Assembly (NCBI GenBank): GCA_951406725.2 | Contig: OX597833.1 | Coordinates: 4,712,001-4,776,000, forward strand | DNA: 64,000 nucleotides | Source of the DNA: Octopus vulgaris | Taxonomy: Eukaryota | Direction: 5' to 3' | In this document: piece after piece, positions 25,800-38,938 of the stretch | Position numbering within the stretch: position 1 is the stretch's first letter | How the letters are laid out: each line of letters begins with the position of its first letter | Program-made: the position numbers and the translations under genes | The notes under the pieces: generated by a model | Databases searched by the model: none | Told to the model about the DNA's origin: nothing | Seen by the model: only the letters and a program-made list of their open reading frames with translations

Positions 25800-26385
25800 C
25801 ATCATCATCATTGTTTAATGTCTGCTTTCCATGCTGGCATGGGTTGGACAGTTTGACTGAGGACTGGCAAACCAGGAGGCTGCACCAAGCTCCAATCTGA
25901 TCTGGTGAGGTTTCTACAGATGGATGCCTTTCCTAATGCTAACTCCTCCAAAAGTGTAGTGGATGCTTTTTACGTGCCACCAGCATGGAAGCCAGTCGGG
26001 CGGACCTGGCATCGATCACGTTCAGATGGTGCTTTTTATGTGCCACCAGTACAGGAGCCTGTCAGGCGGGCCTGGCATCGATCACGTTCGGATGGTGCTT
26101 TTTATGTGCCACCAGCACAGGAGCCTGTCAGGTGGGCCTGGCATCGATCACGTTCGGATGGTGCTTTTTATGTGCCACCAGCACAGGAGCCTGTCAGGTG
26201 GGCCTGGCATCGACCATGTTCAGAGGGTGCTTTTTACATGCCACTGGCATGGGAGTCAGTCAGGGGGCACAGGCATCGACCATGTTCAGAGGGTGCTTTT
26301 TACATGCCACTGGCATGGGAGTCAGTCAGGGGGCACAGGCATCGACCATGTTCAGAGGGTGCTTTTTACAAGCCATTGGCATGGG
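25800..26385 (-). mobile_element. Family C element with an internal tandem array of about 63 bp
   Basis: Family C 3' end followed by six or seven units containing ggtgctttttatgtgccaccagcac. Confidence 0.8.
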
Positions 26386-26657
26386 AGTGAGTCCAGCTGC
26401 CAAAATTTGAAACTATAATCATTTTGTCATTATTAATAAGGTGACAAGCAGACTGAATCATTAGACATTGGATGCTTAGCGGCATCTCTTCTGGCTTGTT
26501 TATGCTCTGAGCTCAAATTCCGTCAAGGTTGACTTTGCCTTTCATCCTTTTGGGGTTAATAAAATAAATACCAGTCAAACATTGGGGCAAATGTAATCAA
26601 TAAGCATCTTTCCCTCTAAATTGCCGGCCTTGTGTCAAAATTAAAATGAACTACTAT

Positions 26658-26860
26658 ATTATTATTATTATTATTATCATCATTATTATTATTATCATCA
26701 TTATTGTTATTATCATCATTATTGTTATTATTATTATCATCATCATCATTATTATCATCATTATTATTATTATTATCATCATTATTGTTATTATTATTAT
26801 TATCATCATCATTATTGTTATTATTATTATTATTATCATCATTATTATTATTATTAGTAT
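26658..26860. repeat. (ATT/ATC)n microsatellite
   Basis: Direct reading. Confidence 0.95.
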
Positions 26861-28009
26861 TCATTTGGCTGTTGTGCTTTGAGCTCAAATCCCTCCAAGA
26901 GTGACTACCTTTTATCCTTTTGGGGTTTGCTAAATGAAGCACCCCTTAAGCACTAGCAATAATACAACCAACTACCCGATTCTCCTAAAGTTTCAGGTCT
27001 TGCGCTCATAGTTGAAAGGATTATTGTTATTATTACGGTTAGCTGGCAGAATTGTTAGCATGCTGGGCAAAATGCTTATCAGCAGTTTGTCTCCACATTC
27101 TGAGTTCAAATTCTGCCGAGGTCGACTTTGTCTTTCAACATTCTGGGGTCGATGAAGTAAGTACCAGTTAAGCACTGGGGTCGATGAAATAAGTACCAGT
27201 TGAGTATGGGGGTCGATGTAATCGACTTAACCCCCTCCCCTCAAATTTCAGACCTTGTGCCTACAGTAGAAAGGATTATTATTATTATTTTCATTATTAT
27301 TATTCAAATTCTTGCAGGTAAGTATAATAATTATGCAACAACGGAAAGGGTTACGGCTAAGTTTTTCAAAAGTATATTTCATACAATAAAAGGCAAAATA
27401 ACAGAGGAGGTAAATTATGAAACAGAATAAAACAACTTCACAGACAACATGCTGTGTGCAAACAGGGGGTCGACATATAGGGGTGTGCACGAGTGTGTGA
27501 CTGTGTGAGTGCATGTCTGTCTGTGTGTGCCTAAACAAGGAGGGGGAAACGACGACGGATGAGGCTGGCAGGGTTAGTAATCACTGGCAGAGTTGTTAAA
27601 AGAAAGTTAAAAACTTACCGATGGGGGGAAAAGTCCATGAAAAGTGGAGAGCATGAGGATTTTAGGATGACAAAAGAGAGAGAGAGAAATAGGAGAGTTG
27701 GTTCATAATGTGAGGAACAGAGGACTCAAACGCTTAGCAAATTACAGTATCGCAGCAGTAGTAGTAGTAGTAGTAGTTGTAGTAGTAGACATACAAATGG
27801 ATTGATATTTCAGACCGACTGAGGCTTCTCTGAGTAATTCTTGAAGCAGGAGCTTCGAAAATTTTAACACTAAACATTTGATACTTCCACTGAGGAACAG
27901 TGACATTGTGTTGTTCTAGAACTTTCATGTGAGACTTCTAGAGACATTCCAACTGGATAGTCAACATTAGTTTCATTACAGTATAGACTTGTAGATCATA
28001 GTAAGGCTT

Positions 28010-29105
28010 TGGAGGTCATGGGGCATCATAGCAGAGAATAGTAAATCAGTCGGATCAAGTGGAGCATAGTTAATCATAATAGGACAGTCGATCATATATT
28101 ATAGGACATAGTTTATGATAGTAGGAAGAGATAGTTTATCATAGATCATAGTTGAACACAGTAGGAGAATATTGTTTATCATAAGATATGATTAATCATA
28201 TTAAAACATCATAGCTCATAATAAAATGACGTTGATAATAGCAAGTGATAGTGATCAAAATAGATCATAGTAGGATGTAGTTGATCATAATATTAATCCT
28301 AATTGGTCAGTTGGACAGTTGTTCATAACATTAAGACATTGATCATTAAGGCAGAACACGTAGTAGGACACACTGATCATTATAGAACATAGGTGATTAT
28401 AGTAGGACACAGTTGGTCATAGTAAGATATAATAGATCACAGCAGATAGTTGGTCATAGTTGATCTCAATAGTGAAAGTTGATTATAGCTGAACAACAGA
28501 CCAATCATAGTGATGGCACATAATTGATCATAGTAGGATATAGTTAATCATAGCAGTAGAACATAGTTGACCATAATAGGACATGATTGAACATTAACTT
28601 TGGACATAATCACAGTATGATATAGGTGGTCATTAAAAGATAGTTGATCACAATAAGACATAACTAGCTGGTCATAGTAAGACATAATTGACCATAGTAG
28701 GTCATAGCTGATCACAGTTGATCATCGAAGGTCATAGTTGATCCTCATAGGTCATCGTATCGTAGGTCACAGTTGATCATCACAGGTCATAACTGATCAC
28801 AGTTGATCACCAAAGGTCACAGCTGATCATATTTGATCATCGAAGGTCATAGCTGATCACAGTTGATCACAATTGAACATCGTAGGTCATAGTTGATTGT
28901 CACAGCTGATCATCAATTGATCATCGTGAGTCACAACTGATCACAGTTGATCATCGAAGGTCATATTTGATTACTATTGATATATAATTACACAGTATAT
29001 TACACCTGATAACAGAAGGACATATTTGGCCATAGTTGATCACAGGACCTAACTGATCATCAATTGATCACAGTTGATTGTAGAATAGCAATTGATTATA
29101 ATGGG
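28010..29105. repeat. Degenerate TGATCA-rich satellite-like tract (similar tract near 23550-23800)
   Basis: Recurrent agttgatcatagtagga and cacagttgatcat motifs. Confidence 0.8.
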
Positions 29106-29298
29106 ACACAGGCAATCAATATTTCCTGTTTAAAATACATTCAAATAACATAACTTATTCTACAAAAGATTGATTACACACTGATGATACATAAATAAAG
29201 CCTTACTTTAGTAACATTGCACAAAAAGCTCAATGAGAAATGATGACAAAAAAAAGGTTACAATAGAGAAAAACCCAAAATGATGACGTTATACTTAC

Positions 29299-29344
29299 AT
29301 CTACTTTTTTACAGTCAGGGTCCCAGCCTAAGTGTTTAATATGT
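29299..29344 (-). CDS. WASL: N-WASP exon, second half of CRIB (HIKHLGWDPDCKKVD)
   Basis: Polypyrimidine tract plus catcag acceptor, GAT|gtaagt donor, 46 nt, phase 2/0; HxxHxGWDP motif. Confidence 0.95.
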
Positions 29345-29644
29345 CTGATGAGAAAAAGAAAGAGAAGAAAGGAAATTACATGTGGAAGCCATAAAAGGTA
29401 CAAACTTGGACAGCATTCAATAGACACCCCTCCTCCTCCTTGTCTTCCAAAACCAAAAACCACCAGTGTCCCCGTTGTGACTTCATAACAAAATCCATCC
29501 CTGGGCTCAAATGCTATTCACACCTTCATCGCAAACAGACTCAGCTTCTTGGTGTTGTTATGTGTTCCTTTCTAACTTAAAGTCCCCTCCTTCAAACATT
29601 CATACGTCGAAACCAATGGCAGCAACCGTTATTATACCATATGG

Positions 29645-30100
29645 CAACTGAGTTACCAGTGCTGGCGGCACGTAAGAGAACCATCCGAACGTGGCCGTTG
29701 CCAGCGCCGCACCCACTGGCCTCGTGCCGGTGGTACGTAAAAAGCACCATCTGTTCGTGGCTGTTGCCAGCCTCGCCTGGCCCCCGTGCTGGTGGCACGT
29801 AAAAAGCACCATCCAATCGTGGCCGTTGCCAGCCTCGCCTGGCCCCCGTGCCGGTGGCACATAAAAAGCACCATCCAATCGTGGCCGTTTGCCAGACTCG
29901 TCTGGTACCTGTGCCGGTGGCACATAAAAAGTACCCACTACACTCCTTGAGTGGTTGGCGTTAGGAAGGCCATCCAGCCGTAGAAACATTGCCAGATCAG
30001 ACTGGGCCTGGTGCAGCCTTCTGGCTTCACAGACCCCAGTTGAACCGTCCAACCCATGCCAGCATGGAAAGCAGACGCTAAACGATGATGATGATGATGA
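29645..30100 (+). mobile_element. Family C element with internal tandem units
   Basis: Repeated ggtggcacgtaaaaagcaccatcc units, then the family C tail and (GAT)n. Confidence 0.8.
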
Positions 30101-30281
30101 TGATTACTGCTACTGCTACAAGAGTTTGATTCCATCCAGGGTACCAGCCTCCAAAAGTGAGACCCTGTGCCAATGTCGGTTAGTGATATGAAGAATAAGC
30201 CAGGCAGCCAAAGATGATTGGTTTGCAAAATCAAAAACAAGGAAAAAAAAAAAAAGAATAAGAAAAAATGCAAAATCTTAC

Positions 30282-30381
30282 CGGAAGTTGGTAGGTTGTC
30301 CAATGTCTTGTTTTGTTAGGCGGGACTTTTTCTTCTCTTTCTTTATTGTTGATTTCTTCAGCGTACCATGTTGCGTAGAGC
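30282..30381 (-). CDS. WASL: N-WASP exon, basic region and first half of CRIB (GSTQHGTLKKSTIKKEKKKSRLTKQDIGQPTNFR)
   Basis: cttccag acceptor, CCG|gtaaga donor, 100 nt, phase 1/2; Lys-rich basic region followed by LTKxDIGxPxNF. Confidence 0.95.
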
Positions 30382-31341
30382 CTGGAAGATAATAAACAGA
30401 CTATGTATGTGTGGTAAAGAACCTTGCTTTGTGACTTTGTGGTTTCTGGTTCAGTTCTACCAAGTGGCACTTTGAGCCAGTGTCTTTTAACTATTGCTTC
30501 AGGCTGACCAATTCTTTGTAAGTGAATTTGATAGAAACTGTGTGGAAGCCCATCATGTGTTCACACACATGACTGTGTCTGTTTGTCACCCCACTACCAC
30601 CACTGCTTGAGAACCAGTGTTGGTTTGTTTATGTCCCTGTAACATAGCAGTTTGGCAAATATAAAGCTGAAGTTGTCTTCAGTGTATGGCAGGTTTGGCA
30701 GCCTTCAACTAACACCATCTCTTCCGAGACCCTGTGGCGCAAGTTGACCAAAATTGAGAGTATGATAAAAGAAGGCTTGCTCTTCCTTCCTTCTCTTACT
30801 ATGATAAATTCAGATCGGACCATGTTAACACCAAAAATTATTTACATCAAAAAGGTGCTTTTTTTTCTATGAAAATCCCTATTTTTTACGATTTTTTTAC
30901 TGCTGTGTCGCCATTTTTTGGTGTATTTCAACCAGAGAAATGTTCACTTAAAGAGAAAAACAAGCTACATAATGCAAAATTTTTACTTTTCAAAAATTCC
31001 AATTCTAAAGGGTCGAAACAAACCCAAGCAATGCCGGGTGATACTGCTAGTTCCCATATAAACTTAATCAGGTGGAGTTAATTTTTTGTTAATTTTTAAA
31101 AGTTTGGAGATGGTTAGCCATGTGGGTCTTTATTTTTTTCCCAGAGCTTCAACTGTGCATCGTTAGATTACATTTCTTTTCTCACATGAATTCTTAAAAT
31201 TAAAATTTATGTAATATATACGACAGGAGCAGACGAGCCAGAAGGCTCTGCCAAGTTGCATCTGTGTGTTTGTGAGAGAAAGAATGTATGTATGATGAGC
31301 CTAGATAACAAAAATATTTTGCTAAAAAAAAAGGCTCTTAC

Positions 31342-31446
31342 CTCCAGTATCCGGGGTTTTCTGTAAAGGTGCCTTATTCAAAGTGACGTTATTCTGGGTC
31401 ATGTTGCCTTGCTGGTTCCGTTGAGCATTCTGCTGGTTCCTCCGTT
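31342..31446 (-). CDS. WASL: N-WASP exon, Q/N-rich linker (ERRNQQNAQRNQQGNMTQNNVTLNKAPLQKTPDTG)
   Basis: ctcgcag acceptor, GAG|gtaaga donor, 105 nt, phase 1/1; joins the flanking exons in frame. Confidence 0.85.
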
Positions 31447-32329
31447 CTGCGAGATAAGTAATACAAGACAAGGATTTCAATAATGAACATTTGTAAGCCA
31501 TATCTATACATTTCACTGACCAGTGGCTATTGCTTATGTTTATGTTACACAATCGCAAGTCAACTTTTAACGTCCTTCTACTATGTTGGCACTGATTGGT
31601 CAGTTTGACAAGATCCAGTTGGCTGGAAACTATGTCATGCTCCAATGCCTGCATTATATCTATCATCATCATCATCATCCATATGTAACATATGCCCTCC
31701 TTATGCCTATTCACCTTCTCCTTGACTTACAACCAAGTTCCGTTCCGACTGACTGGTCAGAAGTTGATCTGGTTGTATGTCAGATTTATATTTTTCAAAC
31801 CATTTTCATTCAAATGGGTTGTAAAAATATAAAACACAAAAATCTAATCCATAATTTTTGTACCTAATGTGAAAAATACATAATATGCATTCTGTTGTAA
31901 TGTAAACAAAAATACAATCTAAAATTAACGAAAAAATTAATACAAATGAAATTCCGCCGCATATATTAAAAAATATTAAAAAATTGTTTCTGTGCGAAAA
32001 GTGGAATTGAAAATAAATTTTTAATCTTCAGTCATGTTCTTGGGATGAGGTAAATGGATTTTCGAGAAACATTGTGAACTTTGAACAGATTTTTTTGTCA
32101 TATATCTTACGATAAGAACTAACAGAATCTTGAATGATACATTCAGACTTTGCAAAACGTTAGACTTTTTGCGGTCGTAAATGCGGAGGGCCATAAGTCG
32201 AGAAGGTGTATACAAATGCTTTCCTTATGCCTATATGACATCTTGTATCTACATAAGCGTATATATATATATATATATATATATTACAAAATTAGAGAAT
32301 GGAGAAACATACTTATATATATATATTAC

Positions 32330-32582
32330 TATAATACAAATAAGAATATGGAGAAACAAATTTGGTTTGTTCATCAACTTATGGATATTATAATGTTGGA
32401 TTATTTAGTCATTTTATAAAATGAGAACATCAAAAGCATACAAAAATATTATATTGATTTATATAATATTTTGTATGCTTTTGATGTTCTCATTTGTAAA
32501 GTGAATAAATAATCCAACATTATAATATCTGAAAGTTAATGAGCAAACCAAATTTGTTTCTCCATTTTCTTCTTTGTATTAT
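32330..32582. repeat. AT-rich imperfect palindrome (foldback element)
   Basis: ggagaaacaaatttggtttg ... caaaccaaatttgtttctcc, arms about 120 bp. Confidence 0.8.
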
Positions 32583-32733
32583 AAATTTTACGGTAAAAAT
32601 ATTTCTTTACCTTCACCCGTTTAATACAATAAATGACTTAATTGCATTGCAATTAAAAACATTTATGTATTAAGAATTTGAGTACTTTACCAACAGTATA
32701 TTAGATAAATGATATCCCATATCTTACTTTGTA

Positions 32734-32783
<50 letters not shown>

Positions 32784-33416
32784 GTCAGGTCATTCCACAA
32801 GTAGTGTTTGAAAACTGATCTCTGTCAGCTGGATAGCTTCAGTTATTATTTTAAAGTGCCTGAATAACAACACCACATCTTACTGTGACCGTGTAGTATA
32901 GTCAGATAGTGATTTACATCATTACATTACAGTTACTACAATGGCTAATTCCTTCTGTAACTAGTTATTGGTTTGGCAGCCTCTCCTAAAGACAGACATT
33001 TTATGAATCCCGGAAATGCACTAAAACAGCAGAAACAATCCAAACTATTCGTGGTGTTTAGAAGAATTTGGGAAATGGATTTCACTGAATTTAACGCAAA
33101 ACATCTGTACAAGACTAGTCCTGATCTGCACTTCTCTACTCTCTTGTGAATGGATATCACCATTTATGTTAAGTGATGCAGACAATGGTTTAATGAAGGT
33201 GAACTGGTCAAACTACAACCCAAAGGAGACCATCACCCAAGTGTTAGCACTAACAAGGTCACCAAGTATCTTGCAAGACAAAGCCCCTCCACCCTCTTCA
33301 ACTGGGATGGGGGGTAGTATGGAAGGGGTGTGGTTTTGTGCCATTTGAGAGATTTAAAGAACAGAGAAGTGCGATGCGTTTCTGAGAGATATTCTTTGAA
33401 TGATTTCCTCACTTAC

Positions 33417-33516
33417 CTTCCTTCTTCTTCTGCCTCTCCAGGATTTTACTACGGACGACCTGTACAAACTTGGCTGCTTCATCTTCATTGGCAAAGTTTA
33501 TACCAGCCTGACAACA
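33417..33516 (-). CDS. WASL: N-WASP exon, end of WH1 (CCQAGINFANEDEAAKFVQVVRSKILERQKKKE)
   Basis: ttttccag acceptor, AAG|gtaagt donor, 100 nt, phase 0/1; GINFANEDEA motif. Confidence 0.95.
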
Positions 33517-33761
33517 CTGGAAAAGAAATAGAATGCAATGAGACATTGTCAAGTTTTTCTCTTTTACTCTCCTTTATTTGTTTCAGTCATTTGACTGCGG
33601 CCATGCTGGAGCACCGCCTTTAGTCGAGCAAATCGACCCCGGGACTTATTCTTTGGAAGCCCAGTACTTATTCTATTGGTCTCTTTTGCCGAACCGCTAA
33701 GTGACGGGGACGTAAACACACCAGCATCGGTTGTCAAGCAATGCTAGGGGGACAAACACAG

Positions 33762-33792
<31 letters not shown>

Positions 33793-34244
33793 CGACGGGC
33801 TTCTTTCAGTTTCCGTCTACCAAATCCACTCACAAGGCTTTGGTTGGCCCGAGGCTATAGTAGAAGACACTTGTCCAAGGTGCCATGCAGTGGGACTGAA
33901 CCCGGAACTATGTGGTTGGTAAGCAAGCTATTTACCACACAGCCACTCCTACATTGTCAAGTTTTTCTACAGTTGTCTGTCTGTATGTCCCTATTTCTCT
34001 CACTCCATGTCTCTACGGACAATACAAAACAGAATATACAAACAGTAAAATAAAAAAAAAAAGATTAGAAGCAGTGGCATGATTATGTGGTTAAGAAGCT
34101 CATTGTGCAATCATATGGTCTCAGGTTCAGTCCCACTGCATGGTACCTTGCACAAGTGTCTTCTAATATGATCCTGGCCCAATCAATGCCTTATGAGTGA
34201 ATTTGGTAGATGGAAAGAATAGAAACCTGTCACATATCTCTATC

Positions 34245-34296
<52 letters not shown>

Positions 34297-34904
34297 TGTG
34301 CTGATGATTGCTTCATCTTGAGAGATGATAGCCCTCCCATCAACACACACACCACACCCCATCACACAGCACAGTCACTCTATTGACGAGCCCTTAGATG
34401 ACTTTTAAGACCAGCTGCTGACACGGTTTAAAACACGAGTGATGACAGATATTATTGAAGTTTCCTCTATATCTTTGCCCTTTGGAATCTGATTCCGAAG
34501 GAATGTTTTTATGAACTAACACATGTCTTTTAGAGGAAAGGGGTTAATTACACTGACCCCAGTGCTCAACTGGTACTTATTTTAAAGACCCTAGAAGGAT
34601 GAAAGACAGAGTTGACTTTGGTGGAATTTGAACTCAGAATGTGAAGAGTTGAATCAAACACTGTTAAGTATTGTGTCCGACACACAACTCACTCCGCCAG
34701 TTTGGTGCCTTAATAAAGATAATGGTCGATAGTATTCAGCGTGGCGCCATATCCTTTGTAGGTTTGACTGATTTAATTAATCCCAATAACAAATAGCTAA
34801 ATAACAAGAAAGCAGGAAGGACTGGAGATTGACTGTTATATCCAGCCCTTAATCACAAAAAGCAGAGCCCTCCAATTTCAAATATGGAGGGAAGCTTCTA
34901 GAAG

Positions 34905-35315
34905 GTTTACCAACCCAAAGGCTGAAGACGCTCGACCTTTATTCTCTAGAAAAATGACGATGCCATGGTGATCTCATTCTTGCTCACAACATCATAAGCA
35001 GAAAGTGTAACCTCTCAAAAGAGCTGTTCTTCACTCCTGCTCCAGAGCGTCGGCTGCGGGGTCACTCCAAAAAGCTCTATCTGCAACGATTTCATCTCAA
35101 TCGAAGGAGAGGGGCTTTCTCCGTCCGGGTTGCGGATCCGTGGAATAAGCTGCCGGACGAGATGGTGAAGCTGCCGACGACCGCTCGGTTCAAAGTCTCC
35201 CTTGACCACAGGTGGCCTGAACTCTTTACATGAACACCACCTTGTACATAACTCCATGTCCCCCTACATGGCCTTGCTTTTTGCTTTTTGAGCCAAAAAA
35301 TTAACTTAACTTAAC
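34905..35315 (+). mobile_element. CR1-clade LINE 3' fragment
   Basis: Translates RLKTLDLYSLEK*R..GDLI...LRGHSKKL...FSVRVADPWNKLPDEMV...FKVSLD; short (aactt)n tail. Confidence 0.85.
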
Positions 35316-35436
35316 CCCACAAGAATTAACCCACTGACATTCAGATTATTTCTCTGTCAAATGTAATACTCATTAATTCACATTGATTTAAATTAATCGT
35401 GCATTATCTCATGGCCTTGAGCTTTCAATAATGCGA

Positions 35437-35832
35437 CTCTTTTTACTTGTTTCAGTCATTTTGACTGCGGCCATGCTGGAGCACCGCCTTTAATCGAGCA
35501 ACTCGACCCCGGGACTTATTCATTGTAAGCCCAGTACTTATTCTATCTGTCTCTTTTAGCCAAACCGCTAAGTTACAGGGACGTAAACACACCAGCATCG
35601 GTTGTCAAGCAATGCTAGGGGGACAAACACAGACACACACACACACATATATATATATATACATATATACGACAGGCTTCTTTCAGTTTCCGTCTACCAA
35701 ATCCACTCACAAGGCTTTGGTCGGCTCGAGGCTGTAGTAGAAGACACTTGCCCAAGGTGCCACGCAGTGGGACTGAAACCGGAACCATGTGCTTGGTAAG
35801 CAAGCTACTTACCACACAGCCACTCCTGCGCC
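35437..35832 (-). mobile_element. tRNA-derived SINE family B, full length. Other copies near 6186-6545, 17578-17975, 33560-33950, 37500-38110, 41728-42020, 44150-44785 and 63075-63405 on the minus strand, and 62673-63030 on the plus strand.
   Basis: Minus strand reads ggagtggctgtgtggt (A box), ggttcagtccc-type B box, ccttgggcaagt, an internal (TA/TG)n tract and the tail gaaacaagtaaaaagag. Confidence 0.85.
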
Positions 35833-36002
35833 TGATTAATTTTAGAATGACATTGTAGGGTAGGTGTGAGAAGCTGGATGTGGCCAGTTCAAACATAAAA
35901 CAGGTAACATTTTGGTCAGATAGGGTCGGTTTAAATGCTAAAGGGTTACACTGGAGCTTGTCCAGGCTTCAGATTGAACCCCCGTCTCACAGTCAAACTT
36001 AC

Positions 36003-36089
36003 CTCAGCTTCAAATGTGTGGAAGAATGAACGAGGGCTCTTGTATTTCAGTTGATTGTACATCTCTTGTTCCCATAGCAACTGCTGCCG
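36003..36089 (-). CDS. WASL: N-WASP exon, WH1 domain (RQQLLWEQEMYNQLKYKSPRSFFHTFEAE)
   Basis: ctttag acceptor, GAG|gtaagt donor, 87 nt, phase 0/0; WEQE.Y and FFHTF motifs. Confidence 0.95.
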
Positions 36090-36236
36090 CTAAAGAAAGA
36101 AAGACAAAGGATTCAATGATGGTGCGGGGAAAGAAATATAAAAAAAAACAAAAACATTTAATGAAAAAGATATTTTAAATCCTATTTTAAAAAAAATACA
36201 TGGTGGCAGCACATAAAAAGCCCTGTTCAAGCATTG

Positions 36237-36943
36237 GACCCCAGTGCATAACTGCTACTTATTTAATCAACCCCAAAAGGATGAAAGGCAAAGTCGACCT
36301 CGGCGGAATTTGAACTCAAAACGTAAAGACGGACGAAATACCTATTTCTTTACTACCCACAAGGGGCCAAACACAGAGGAGACAGACAAGGACAGACAAA
36401 CGGATTAAGTTGATTATATCAACCCCAGTGCGTAACTGGTACTTATTTAACCAACCCTGAAAGGATGAAAGGCAAAGTCGACCTCAGCAGAATTTGAACT
36501 CGGAACGTAGCGGCAGACGAAATACCTATTTCTTTACTACCCACAAGGGGCTAAACACAGAGAGGACAAACAAGGACAGACAAACGGACTAAGTTGATTA
36601 CATCGACCCCAGTGCGTAACTGGTACTTATTTAATCGACCCCAAAAGGATGAAAGGCAAAGTCGACCTCGCTGGAATTTGAACTCAAAACGTAAAGACGG
36701 ACGAAATACCTATTTCTTTACTACCCACAAGGGGCCAAACACAGAGAGGACAAACAAGGACAGACAAACGGATTAAGTTGATTATACCGACCCCAGTGCA
36801 TAACTGCTACTTATTTAATCGACCCCCGAAAGGATGAAAGGCAAAGTCGACCTCGCTGGAATTTGAACTCAGAACGTAACGGCAGACGAAATACCGCTAA
36901 GCATTTTGCCCGGCGTGCTAACGATTCTGCCAGCTTGCCGCCT
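36237..36943 (-). mobile_element. SINE family A, head plus about four tandem body units
   Basis: Repeated body units; head at 36943. Confidence 0.85.
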
Positions 36944-38893
36944 TTGGTGATATACCATGATGTGTTGACCTGTCAAACCAAGTGAGACCGTAGTCATGGT
37001 TGATATAAGTGTCAGGTCAATGGCACGTAAAAAACGTCCACTACACTCTTGGAGTGGTTGGTGTTAGGAAGGGCATCCAGCTGTAGAAACCATGCCAAAA
37101 CAGATTGGAACCTGGTGCAGCTCTCCGTCTTACCAGTCTTCAGTCAAACTGTCCAACCTATGCCAGCATGGTAAAGTGGATGTATGATGATGATGATGTA
37201 ATTAAAACTGAAGGAGAAAACTGGATTTCGAGAATCAAGTGGTAACCATGGGAGACACTCCAGCTGAAGAATTAGCGATCAAGTGACACAGAAATTAAAT
37301 TACAATGTAATTTAATTTGATTATGGAATTGAAAATCTAGGTGAGGCCGTGTGGAAAGAAGTCTACTTCCCAACCACATGGTTCTGGGTTCAGCTCCACT
37401 GTGTGGAACCTTTGGTATGTTCTACTATGGCCCCGGGCCAACCAGGACCTTGTGAATGGGTTTAGTAGATGACAGAAACTGAAAGAAGCTCTTCATCTAC
37501 ACTCTTTTATCCTTTTACTGGTTTCATTCATTTGACCATGGCCATGCTGGGGCACCACCTTGAAGGGTTTTAGTCAAACAAATCGACTCCAGGATTTATT
37601 TTCAAGCCTTACACTTATTCTATCAGTCTCTTTCATTGAACCGCTAGGTCACAGGGATGTAAATACACCAGCACCAGTTGTCAAGTGGCGATGGGGGACA
37701 AACACAGACACAAAGAAACCCAAATACATACATACTCTTTTACTTGTTTCAGTCATTTGGACTGTGGCCATGCTGGAGCACCGCCTTTAGTCGAGCAAAT
37801 CGACCCCGGGACTTATTCTTTTTGTAAGCCCAGTACTTATTCTATCGGTCTCTTTGCCGAACCGCTATGTGACGGGGACATAAACACACCAGCATCGGTT
37901 GTCAAGCAATGCTAGGGGGACAAACGCAGACACACAAACACACCCCCACACACACACATATATATATGTCTACCAAATCCACTCACAAGGCATTGGTTGG
38001 CCCGGGGCTACAGCAGAAGACACTTGCCCAAGGTGCCACGCAGTAGGACTGAACCCAGAACCATGTGGTTGGTTAGCAAGCTACTTACCACACAGCCACT
38101 CCTGCACCTATACATGTGTATATATATATATAAAATGATGATGATGATGATGATTGTTTTAAAGTTTAGGAGACCCTGCCATTTGCTTTCTTTTCTTTAC
38201 TTTCAGACGAAGAGTAAGAACAGGAAATGGCGAAACTTTTTTTATTCTGTTGGCATTGGATCCCCATGCTAGTAGGGTGTTAAGAGCACCATCCAAGCGT
38301 GATCATTGCCAGAGCGGCTATCTGGCCTCCATGCTGGTGGCACATAAAAGGCACCATTCGTGCGTGATCGTTACCAGCATCGCCTTACTGGCACCTGTGC
38401 CGGTGGCATGTGTAAAAAGATTCGAGTGGGGTCGTTGCCAGTGCTGCCTGATTGGCCCCGTGCCGGTGGCACGTAAAAGCACCCACTACACTCTCGGAGT
38501 GGTTGGCGTTAGGAAGGGCATCCAGCTGTAGAAACTCTGCCAGATCAAGTTTGGAGCCTGGTGCAGCAGTCTGGTTTGCCAGCCCCCAGTCATTCATCCA
38601 ACCCATGCTAGCATGGAAAGCGGACATTAAATGATGATGATGACATTCTTCATTACTTTCAAATTAAGTAAAACGAAGGCAGTGGAGAAAATTACTATTT
38701 TTAAATCTCACATCAAGAGATATTCAGTAACAGTACTTTGTAGTAAAGATTGTTTGCCAACATAACATGGCAGTCCTGGTTTAGGATGAATGTTGCTGTA
38801 ATTTAACTCCAGGAGACATCATCTCCCACTGGCTATATGACATAATCTGTGTCCTTATATTTTCGAACAAGGGAATCTAGCACCCCCACTCAT

Positions 38894-38938
38894 TCTGTGC
38901 TGATGAAGGGAAATAACCCAGAAATCGCGATACACAGA
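38894..38938 (+). ncRNA. Hammerhead-like motif in the loop of a foldback element
   Basis: tctgtg-CTGATGA-aggg(aaataa)ccca-GAAA-tcgcga-TA-cacaga; 6-bp stem I, palindromic stem III, A.A mismatch at the base of stem II. Confidence 0.6.

Noticed and set aside
25905-26418. Repetitive 141-161 aa ORFs (also 29600-30052, 49672-50185, 57465-58004)
   Set aside because: Internal tandem units of SINE-like family C
26616-26942. Poly-Asn, poly-Ile and poly-Leu ORFs
   Set aside because: Trinucleotide microsatellite
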